Assembly (NCBI GenBank): GCA_949296805.1
Contig: CASFPO010000007.1
Coordinates: 17,291 to 81,290 of the forward strand
Length of the DNA stretch: 64,000 bases
Reading direction: 5' to 3'
Origin: an uncultured Bacillota bacterium
Lineage (GTDB): Bacteria > Bacillota > Clostridia > Christensenellales > UBA1242
A program made the translations under genes and the position numbers. The notes beneath the pieces were generated by a model. It saw only the letters and a list, made by a program, of their open reading frames with translations, was not told the origin of the DNA and made no database searches. This document shows positions 34,101 to 40,265 of the stretch, piece by piece. Positions within the stretch are counted from its first letter, which is position 1. Each line of letters opens with the position of its first letter.

Positions 34101-36650
34101 GGCACTTGGACTCCGCTTGATATCTATCAGCCAGCTCTTAGCTATATTAGTTTTAACTATATAAATAACGGCGCTACCCTGCAAATTGTTATCAATCTTG
34201 GTGCAAATGCCCCACAAAAGGTTAAGTTTGAAATTTTAGACAACTTTGGCAATACCACCACAATTATTCAGCTTGCAAATGAAGTTGCCTATGACGAGAT
34301 AAGCGGAACCTATGCCATCTACACCCTTACCGAAAGTAATGGCGATGTTACCTATCTATCACAAAATGATATTACCTTTACTTACAATGAGCTACTTTAC
34401 ACAATCGATATCTTTGATATAGACGGCACTTCAATAATAGACAGCCTTAACGCTACTCATCTTGCAAATAATCTTGCCACCTATACTTTCTCGGCTGAGG
34501 AAGGTTTGAATATATGGAATGACTACTATAGAATCGATATTTTTGACAGCGAAAATGGAGATTATTTAAGAACACTCCACCTTCGTCTTTACTATCAACT
34601 GCCATACTTGACTTTCCAAACAAGCGAAGTTGAAAATGGCGGTATAGCCTTCTTTGATAGAAACCTTGTTCTATTTGAGAGAAATGACTTTGGTCAAGAG
34701 ACTGGAGTAACTGTAAACTTTAACGGAAACTCATACTCGGCTACTGCAACGGTGCTGACCACCTATTCTCCTACTGTTCGTGTGAGGTTTAGAGATGGTC
34801 AAGCCTTAAATTATAACGGTGTTTACTCCTATCAAGATAGCTATGGATACAGCGTATATCTTTCTAGCAATGGTGGTCAATCTTGGACAAACATCAACGA
34901 TAGATATTCTGCAACAAGCGGATACACTATCTCGGGAGTAAATGATTATTTGATTTTAATCATATATGACTCCGACCAAGTATTTACCGACCTATGCCAG
35001 ATTTATAAAATTAGTATTCTTGACTATACTGCCTCTTACTATTATATTACAGTAGACGGGCTGGTTATCGAGCCAAGCGATATGATTTATAAAGATAGTC
35101 AAGGCAAGGAATATCACACAAGCTATCTAGTAGCTGTTGACATTGATGACAAAGATAACAGACTTCATGTAAATCCTAACACAGAGCTAAATGTTGTAAT
35201 AAGCTCGCCAGTTGTTTCTAGCACAGGCACAGATGTTTCTGTTGAAACTTATTCCTATTCTTGCAATCAATCACGTGGCGATTTTGCAATAATCTATATC
35301 CCGCCATCTGATAATATAGTAACCGAGTTTACAGCTGAAACTACCTCTGGCGGTGTTACTAACTTAAGATTAAATTCTGGCTCAGTAGCTACTGTGGTGG
35401 ATGGCGAAGATGAACGCCAATATGACAGAATTAAAATTAATTTTACCTCTTATTATGGAATCAGCCAAAACTTAGTTAATATTGAGGTATTAAAATACTT
35501 TAATGGTCAATATGTTCAAATTACCCCACAGGTATACACTTCTGGCACAACAAACTATATTTATCTTGAAAAAGCTGGCTCTTATAGGTTAAGACTTTAT
35601 GACTCCTGCCAACCTGCCAACGAGCAGAGTTTTAATGGCAATCGCTACTTTGACCTTATCTTCTTAAACGGAGTGCCTTTCACTATAACCTATACCGACA
35701 CTATAACAGGCGAGCAAGTAATCTCTGAAAGAGTTGACAGGGCTGTATATAACGGAAGTGTTATCCTTTCGCTTTACAACCTTTCTACCTACTATCAAAT
35801 TGGTCACTATCCAAGAATTTCAGTTACTCGAAATGGTGCAAGTTACACGGGTTATACTTCTTCTAATAACACTTACACCTTTACAAGTCCTGGCTACTAC
35901 ACTGTAACTTTTGTGGATGCTATATCTTCGCTTGAGGGCGAGGCAAAAGAGTTGCGACAAGACCAATTTAACTTTACTATCATAAATGAAAATGAATCTC
36001 GCTATTCTTATACCTTTAGTCCATATAAAAATTACTATGTTGAAAGCGTTATTAAATATAATGGAGATAATGAAGTTGATATCACTCAAGATTTGATAGA
36101 TATAGGCAACTTTGAAACGGTACAGATAAACGGCAGGACTTACCTTTCGGAAGTGTCACTTAGCTACCTTGACAACAAAACTGGCAGTGGTAAATACAAA
36201 CTAACTATCAACACTAACGATTTAACCTATGCAAATTCTACAAGTAGCTCTTACACCTTTGAGTTTTGGCTTAACAATCAAGTTCCGCCTTTGAATATAT
36301 CTTTAAATGAAGGCGATTCAACAACTGGCTCTATCACAATAACCTTTAATGTACAAAACTTCTACAATGCTATGGGCGATTGTTATATCCGCATTGGCTC
36401 TGACTACTACTACTTTACAGCAGACACGCTTGCAAGTTATGGCGATGTTTATACAATAACCATTAATGAGACTGGCACTTATTATGTACAAGTCTACACG
36501 ATGAGTAACAACCTGCTCTACTCAAGCAAAATTGTGAGAAACGAGCCACTAAATGCCTTTGCTATAATTGCTATAATTATTGGTGTAATTGCTTTAGTAG
36601 CTATCATCTTAATAACAATCAGACTTAGAAAGAGGCAAAAGGTTAAATAA
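28194..36650 (+). CDS. Giant (2818 aa) N/Y/S/T-rich surface protein with N-terminal signal (possible lipobox LLAC) and C-terminal TM anchor
   Basis: Start moved to MISKRLFNGFIISFILIGLLACG (ATG 28194, AAGAGG RBS). The C-terminus is LNAFAIIAIIIGVIALVAIILITIRLRKRQKVK. No LPXTG, and no catalytic motif recognised. Confidence 0.8.
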   Translation: MISKRLFNGFIISFILIGLLACGMFFSSNKLPSTFAEPPTYQMIENTQYDYLDVNQNNTTGNYQDTIFLMQGGQTGSSIDVSIARGDLISNSLGNQNYAYISGLDESGTPREYYYFSFPNNLSLYYNLTNTQVESGQSGTNLLQEQLISTYATSNGDNAFAIESIGLTPQKLEISFLLNTLESQPQFSGNQVILNQEGIYTLVINVNLYFTDNGGITFTPSVATIYYTFMVFNSETYFNFSSGLPNLTPSSNMQSTALPSSNRFSRYYFYNYSYSGDSLTDPNALATISYNPNLYQLTITYVDLNSNSYTSTLVYSNGEFSQVDDNGNVIDESEYFVQSYLEGEDGKVVFLNLGYYDISLQYLYTSEQNVYELPLDQLENTTLLNKDQRLYIYGYQAVYSDYASIDPVTNQPEAVELKTYNLEELVQENSADITASVNNYLVNHPDIIGSSANNTSNPISYVGVNYKTVSAPMPFDNDLIETMALTYLNELEISPASTNQTPIKFITNGNLSAVNSRIYRLTTTRTDGIVSYQTDGYSNFEGFNQNEPGIYLYLIQYSYDNYLSTTGTLQNSYYHYQIFFFEITNTLPTVTVLDEELNEVYASGFTNKGVYIINDSQSNNYDAEVTITLSAYNYNRENDNDNRENDNYNRENYYYYDQDITTLSNYGIYYTYFEYLSGEENSLYNEKLGGKYGIYIDPSNPYSNAYYTINVYSANTTQPSTKYFTIDTSEISGISARSVSFSSNNTYRIGSALSSYNTNQPTVFSWNEKPSGARTYGYVKYIPLSSINYYSSQTNSASLTQLLNYWLDEGILPVSYKIDFSQTNQSSWSEYRNSLSFTSTIDATYVKSNAGFYILEVYDQAGNSKFEVFLLDTTQPLFVQHTQYNSEIRQIMTNNQSISVPESGTRMWIEWGSQKAIYLESLEAYQLITPYRYSPDYQADAVRLSEKLNEFFSSSSEDIYRATTITVGTVNSTTESGQVTTGISSYNGNYLLIDIDEVSFIRDTTSSTYSRWQGIYSYELTFLDENNEAIEGTYRILIRDSSNSYITGNETYDFLNNPSAFLTFNVTSDDAKLSVYRGEGELLAFSSFNNSGNLYYYEENGETIYTHLPVINETDLEQSELTYRFAYYSPVNADENLIVSFIPLAENGSTLEYVTVTYYPYIKSQYVVDGVYYYYYDISDNPQDIQQIPIFTYSSNDTYEPGAVVTFDLSLGSGTLPSAGRYVLERQYIEGNETDQYDYFRRTITFDVDEFGIISPLETVDNGESSSLESIVGGDIILSMYSGEGNSSIEVSFPSYSQDTGLNSGSFYTQEEFVSEDIVPSFSVSGNKLPMSLYVPKYKFTTHAVYDEATNSYSVNYNNGLSYYGNSYYSLGSDNLWHVYSEGVEISEPFNSESEALAFLQDKASIAEYVLQAKIVAYVTENGISTTKYYYSDGSTTNGYLNFFETAENGIITSTSPAVDNFYLQGNYVVTLYQSYNDPQSSFYSFYKFGFVIESDEPEYNLLDSEGYQLNEVTPGVYYTNSDSITVQWEVPTSNYQAKINEDFDYIYITSSGSFSHSGEVIADGNTRSFTIDCSDLILTNGSSLSITLEFEGHNSSFYRRTTKTIYFDRSAPLENLNNLMANTESATEIFTTNYQQLEFRSYQDYQGEALEVTASNLSEIANASYSYTISTGTFRYFSYNVTTSFFNDVLMQSLRNASTNTFGTQEIYYRQIPALDSYTQVDRHSFAENSYFSLMVDDNLSLSCGYYEIVERDHAGNMTVYLVYVIDSTFEVDENVSDIALSYINNNHTESNYVYSSQISNGYNIYSNSGFTLEQVSYKSDPWNIFYVQLYGQSPVRYLTSPWLEEGYVYRVTISSSAIDFQQIALSTIFASVESSSNKHILTLTDRTSGSMQNVYLAIMDANIYTEKVEDPQRTSAILNISVPTLAQYQSTTTAYVFPTNIKIYQFNPLSSQEDGYDILMEANQLTYGTWTPLDIYQPALSYISFNYINNGATLQIVINLGANAPQKVKFEILDNFGNTTTIIQLANEVAYDEISGTYAIYTLTESNGDVTYLSQNDITFTYNELLYTIDIFDIDGTSIIDSLNATHLANNLATYTFSAEEGLNIWNDYYRIDIFDSENGDYLRTLHLRLYYQLPYLTFQTSEVENGGIAFFDRNLVLFERNDFGQETGVTVNFNGNSYSATATVLTTYSPTVRVRFRDGQALNYNGVYSYQDSYGYSVYLSSNGGQSWTNINDRYSATSGYTISGVNDYLILIIYDSDQVFTDLCQIYKISILDYTASYYYITVDGLVIEPSDMIYKDSQGKEYHTSYLVAVDIDDKDNRLHVNPNTELNVVISSPVVSSTGTDVSVETYSYSCNQSRGDFAIIYIPPSDNIVTEFTAETTSGGVTNLRLNSGSVATVVDGEDERQYDRIKINFTSYYGISQNLVNIEVLKYFNGQYVQITPQVYTSGTTNYIYLEKAGSYRLRLYDSCQPANEQSFNGNRYFDLIFLNGVPFTITYTDTITGEQVISERVDRAVYNGSVILSLYNLSTYYQIGHYPRISVTRNGASYTGYTSSNNTYTFTSPGYYTVTFVDAISSLEGEAKELRQDQFNFTIINENESRYSYTFSPYKNYYVESVIKYNGDNEVDITQDLIDIGNFETVQINGRTYLSEVSLSYLDNKTGSGKYKLTINTNDLTYANSTSSSYTFEFWLNNQVPPLNISLNEGDSTTGSITITFNVQNFYNAMGDCYIRIGSDYYYFTADTLASYGDVYTITINETGTYYVQVYTMSNNLLYSSKIVRNEPLNAFAIIAIIIGVIALVAIILITIRLRKRQKVK

Positions 36651-36878
36651 AACAAAAAAAGGCTTTACTTAATTTGAAAAAATCAATTTTGTAAAGTCTT
36701 TTTTATTTTAAAATCTACCTATAAAAACACACGACAAAAGCAATAACTTAAGGCTAGAAATATTAAAACGCAATAACTACAAAAGTAGCTTAGCAAAAAT
36801 TATCCAAACAATAAAAACACTTTGACAATATATGGCTTGACAGAAAAGCCTAAGGCAATCAAAAAAAGTTTTATAAAC

Positions 36879-36926
36879 AAAAAAGTAACCTTTTTCAAGT
36901 GTAAAATGCACTATTAAAGGTTACTT
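36879..36926 (-). terminator. Intrinsic terminator of the rplK-rplA operon (bidirectional shape)
   Basis: AAGTAACCTTT (36883-36893)/AAAGGTTACTT (36916-36926), with an A-run on + before the stem (U-run on the minus strand). Confidence 0.7.
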
Positions 36927-36976
36927 TTATTAATTTGTAAATTGTTAATTTTATAAATTGCTAAAAAGCAATAAAA

Positions 36977-37657
36977 TTACATTACAACATTGATTTTTAT
37001 ACCTGGGCTCATAGTTGAGGCAATGGTAACATTTTTAAAATATTGTCCTTTTGCCGCAGCTGGTTTTGCCTTTGAAAGAGCTTCAATAACTGTGTTAAAG
37101 TTTTCAAGCAATTTGTCTTTGCCAAAGCTTACCTTGCCGATAATTACATGAACGTTATTGGTTTTATCAAGTCTATATTCAACTTTACCTGCTTTAGCGT
37201 CATTGATTGCCTTAGTTACGTCCATAGTAACTGTTCCGCTCTTTGGGTTTGGCATAAGTCCTTTTGGTCCAAGAACTCTTGCAACTCTACCAACAAGTCC
37301 CATCATATCTGGGGTTGTGATTGCAACGTCAAAATCAAGCCATCCGCTTTGAATTTTTGTAATGATATCCTCTGCTCCAACATAGTCAGCACCTGCTTTA
37401 ACAGCCTCGTCTGCCTTATCTCCCTTAGCGATAACAAGCACCTTTAAGGTTTTGCCTGTTCCGTTTGGAAGAATACAAACTCCTCTAACCTGTTGGTCGG
37501 CATTTCTACCGTCAACACCAAGTCTTACGTGAAGCTCGACAGTCTCGTCAAACTTTGCCTTTGGAAGAGAAAGAAGTGTATCAAATCCGCTAGCAACATC
37601 GTAGGACTTTTGTGTAATAGCTTGAGTGCTTTGAGCATATTTTTTACTTACCTTCAT
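36977..37657 (-). CDS. rplA: 50S ribosomal protein L1
   Basis: 226 aa, ...[24 protein letters not shown]...[15 protein letters not shown]. Confidence 0.97.
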   Translation of the reverse strand: MKVSKKYAQSTQAITQKSYDVASGFDTLLSLPKAKFDETVELHVRLGVDGRNADQQVRGVCILPNGTGKTLKVLVIAKGDKADEAVKAGADYVGAEDIITKIQSGWLDFDVAITTPDMMGLVGRVARVLGPKGLMPNPKSGTVTMDVTKAINDAKAGKVEYRLDKTNNVHVIIGKVSFGKDKLLENFNTVIEALSKAKPAAAKGQYFKNVTIASTMSPGIKINVVM

Positions 37658-37667
37658 TTTAGCCTCC

Positions 37668-38096
37668 TTAGTCTACTACAGTTACGCCCATACTACGAGC
37701 TGCGCCCTCTACCATAGACATAGCCGATTCAATAGATGTGCAGTTAAGGTCTGGCATCTTAGTTTCTGCTATCTGTCTGATTTGAGCTTTGGTTATACTT
37801 CCGACTTTTGTTTTGTTTGGTACTGCTGAACCCTTTTCAAGCCCTAATGCCTTTTTAATAAGAATAGCTGCTGGTGGGGTTTTGAGTACAAATGAGAAAC
37901 TTCTATCTGCATAGATAGTTACCACAACAGGAATCTTAAGTCCTGCCTGCGATGCGGTCTTCTCGTTAAACTCTTTGGTAAAAGCACCTAAGTTGATTCC
38001 GTGAGGTCCAAGTGTTGAACCTACTGGAGGTCCCGGGGTGGCTTTACCTGCGTCAAGTTGCAATTTTACAACTGCGCTAATCTTCTTTTCTGCCAT
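37668..38096 (-). CDS. rplK: 50S ribosomal protein L11
   Basis: Start moved to [26 protein letters not shown] (ATG 38096, AAGGAGG RBS). The track's longer start is upstream of the RBS. Confidence 0.97.
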   Translation of the reverse strand: MAEKKISAVVKLQLDAGKATPGPPVGSTLGPHGINLGAFTKEFNEKTASQAGLKIPVVVTIYADRSFSFVLKTPPAAILIKKALGLEKGSAVPNKTKVGSITKAQIRQIAETKMPDLNCTSIESAMSMVEGAARSMGVTVVD

Positions 38097-38245
38097 TTTA
38101 ATCCTCCTTAAGTGGTAAATTGAGTGGTTGCAGTTCCGCTCTCCCACAATATTTGTATATTTATGTTATACCAACATGGTAGTTTTGTGTCTTGCCAAGG
38201 ACAATATTTATAGCCTTTTTGCCATAAAATCTTTTTAAACTGCTC

Positions 38246-38983
38246 TTAAGAATTGAGTTTGCGAAGCTGAGCTAGCCCTACATCCACAGGAGTTTCTCGG
38301 TTGAACATTTCTACATTAACAGAAACAATTCCGCTCTCCTTATCTATAGCTGTGACAACGCCAAATTGTCCGTTAAGAGCACCGTCAATAATTTCTACCT
38401 TATCGCCTGGCTCAAGGTCAACGTCTACCTTGATTTTTTCAAGTCGCAATTTCATAACTTCTTCATCTGTCATTGGCAAAGGTCTACCTTTTGGCCCTAC
38501 AAAGCCTGTTATACCTCTTGTTCTTATCACGTTATGCCAGATATCGTCAGCATACTTCATCTTAACTAAGATGTAGCAAGGCATTGACTTTCTTTGAACA
38601 AGTCTTTTCTTGCCATTTTTTTCTTCAACAACATCTTCCATTGGAATGATAATATCAAAAATTCTATCTTGAAGATTAAACTTTTCAATAACGGTCTCTA
38701 AATTTTCTTTTGCAACATTTTCATAGCCTGAAAAGGTGTGAAGTACATACCACTTTGCTGGCAAGCTATCCACAAACTCCCTATAGCTCTTTTCATCATC
38801 ATATAAAACAGCACCCTCTTGGCTATTTTCTTGTTCTGTTGAAGAGTTCTCATCTTCCTTGTTCACATTTTCGCTAGAGTTCTCTGTTTTATCCTGCTCT
38901 AAAGCTTGATTGTCAAGGTTTGCCTGCCCTTCTGTAGCCTTTTCTACATTATCGTTTGGGGTAATCAATTCTTTATCTTCCAT
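38246..38983 (-). CDS. nusG: Transcription termination/antitermination factor NusG with ~75-aa acidic N-terminal extension
   Basis: The NGN domain starts at AKWYVLHTFSGYEN. KOW: GDKVEIIDGALNGQFGVV. Confidence 0.93.
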   Translation of the reverse strand: MEDKELITPNDNVEKATEGQANLDNQALEQDKTENSSENVNKEDENSSTEQENSQEGAVLYDDEKSYREFVDSLPAKWYVLHTFSGYENVAKENLETVIEKFNLQDRIFDIIIPMEDVVEEKNGKKRLVQRKSMPCYILVKMKYADDIWHNVIRTRGITGFVGPKGRPLPMTDEEVMKLRLEKIKVDVDLEPGDKVEIIDGALNGQFGVVTAIDKESGIVSVNVEMFNRETPVDVGLAQLRKLNS

Positions 38984-38997
38984 AACTTAAACCTCTT

Positions 38998-39390
38998 CTA
39001 CCTTAATAAGTTCATCAATTGACCTAAGCCATAGTCGATGCCAAATATAACTACAGCAAAAATCAAAACGACAACAAGTACTACTCCAGTTTTTTTGCAA
39101 ACATCAGCAAACGATGGCCAAGTAACTTTTTTAAGTTCTGCAAAAGTCTCTCTAGTCTTTCGCCTAAGTCCACCCTTTTCTTTGCCGTTTTTCTTTTTCT
39201 TATCAACTTTAGCCTTTTGTTTTTCTTGGGCTTTATCTTCTTTTGAAGGTTTTTTCTCTTCCTCTTTTATTTTTGCTGGGCTTTTAGCCTCATCTTCAGA
39301 AGCAAAGCTATCAACCCTAACAGCTTTATCGCTTAGAACAGGTTGAGAAGAGTTTTGCTTATTATTTTTTGCCTTTTTCTTTTTAGACAT
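38998..39390 (-). CDS. secE: Preprotein translocase subunit SecE with ~75-aa Lys/Glu-rich N-terminal extension
   Basis: C-terminal FAELKKVTWPSFADVCKKTGVVLVVVLIFAVVIFGIDYGL. GGGGGAG RBS. Confidence 0.9.
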   Translation of the reverse strand: MSKKKKAKNNKQNSSQPVLSDKAVRVDSFASEDEAKSPAKIKEEEKKPSKEDKAQEKQKAKVDKKKKNGKEKGGLRRKTRETFAELKKVTWPSFADVCKKTGVVLVVVLIFAVVIFGIDYGLGQLMNLLR

Positions 39391-39404
39391 AACTCCCCCT
39401 TAGG

Positions 39405-39566
39405 CTATTTTGTTTCTTTATGAACAGTTCTCTTTCCACAACGAGAGCAGAATTTTTTGATTTCAACTCGCTCTGGATTTGCTGTGGTGTTCTTGCTTGT
39501 AGCATAGTTTCTCTCTTGACACTCAGTGCAAGCAAGGATTATATTTTTACGTTTTGGTGTTGCCAT
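39405..39566 (-). CDS. rpmG: 50S ribosomal protein L33 (53 aa; below the ORF-track cutoff)
   Basis: Manual translation: [64 protein letters not shown]. Sits directly upstream of secE, as in Bacillota. Confidence 0.93.
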   Translation of the reverse strand: MATPKRKNIILACTECQERNYATSKNTTANPERVEIKKFCSRCGKRTVHKETK

Positions 39567-39605
39567 TTTACTTCTCCTAACAAAAAACTAACACCTCGTC
39601 TGAAG

Positions 39606-39634
39606 TGCTAGATTAATATTATCATATCTATTAT
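39606..39634 (-). promoter_or_regulatory. sigma-A promoter of the rpmG-secE-nusG operon
   Basis: Minus strand: TTGACA (39634-39629), 17 nt, TAATAT (39611-39606). Confidence 0.65.
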
Positions 39635-39722
39635 GTTTTGTCAACAATTTATTAGATATTTTTTATTGTTTTTTAAATATTTTGTCTTTTTTGCAAAGCT
39701 TTTTTGCCGTCTTTAATTGATT

Positions 39723-40004
39723 TTACTTTTGCAAGTCCTTTTTTGACACGCTTGCCTCAATCAGCATTACGTAATCCTCTGGGTTTGACGCTTTTTTTAC
39801 GCTTTCAAAATCGGTCGGAGCATTAAAGTCAAGGTCATACTTTTCTATATAAACAAAGTAGGCTTTTAAAAACTCCTTTGCGTACAGAAAAGCTTCCTCA
39901 ACAACAGTGCCATCGGTAGTCAGTTCAATATCTGGAAAAAGCACACGATATATATCGTTTTCTTTATCTTTTATAAATACCGCAGGATAGACATAATTTT
40001 TCAT
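39723..40004 (-). CDS. hicB: HicB-family antitoxin-like protein (N-terminal domain only, no DNA-binding domain)
   Basis: 93 aa, MKNYVYPAVFIKDKENDIYRVLFPDIELTTDGTVVEEAFLYAKEFLKAYF. This is the HicB-type pattern YxYxxxx...FPDxxxxxTxGxTxEEAxxxAKEaL. Confidence 0.65.
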   Translation of the reverse strand: MKNYVYPAVFIKDKENDIYRVLFPDIELTTDGTVVEEAFLYAKEFLKAYFVYIEKYDLDFNAPTDFESVKKASNPEDYVMLIEASVSKKDLQK

Positions 40005-40005
40005 T

Positions 40006-40137
40006 AAAAATACTCCTTAAACAATTAGCATTTTTATCTCTAATATTAATTTTAACACAAAACCCTTCTTTTTCCAAGTATTTTAAACACTTTTTATCAA
40101 GATTAACCTTTTCTCCTCGAATAGTTAGCAGTAAATA
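40006..40137 (-). pseudogene. hicA: Possible decayed hicA toxin remnant upstream of hicB
   Basis: The minus-strand frame opening after the TGA at 40140-40138 reads ...GEKVNLDKKCLKYLEKEGFCVKINIRDKNANCLRSIFNE. The HicA-like ends (K..LK.LEKEGF and ..LRSI..) are present but there is no ATG and the central GSH segment is missing. Confidence 0.3.
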
Positions 40138-40264
40138 TCAAATATTTCCTAAGTAACATACTTTCCTTTGTGTTTTAAACACTTTTTAATTATATTTAAC
40201 TTTTTATATTTATGTTTTTAAACACCGAGTTTCAAACACCGTGTTTTAAACACTTTTCAAACAC
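40081..40264. promoter_or_regulatory. Six TTT(T/C)AAACAC motifs including two perfect 13-bp palindromes GTGTTTTAAACAC
   Basis: Palindromes at 40170-40182 and 40241-40253. Half-sites at 40081-40090, 40213-40225, 40231-40239 and 40254-40264. Confidence 0.6.
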
Positions 40265-40265
40265 T

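Noticed and set aside
38097-38245. L1-binding autoregulatory leader upstream of rplK (GGGAGAGCGGAACTGCAACC segment)
   Set aside because: This is plausible from the position, but I cannot verify similarity to the 23S L1-stalk mimic from memory. It is left unannotated pending a covariance-model search.
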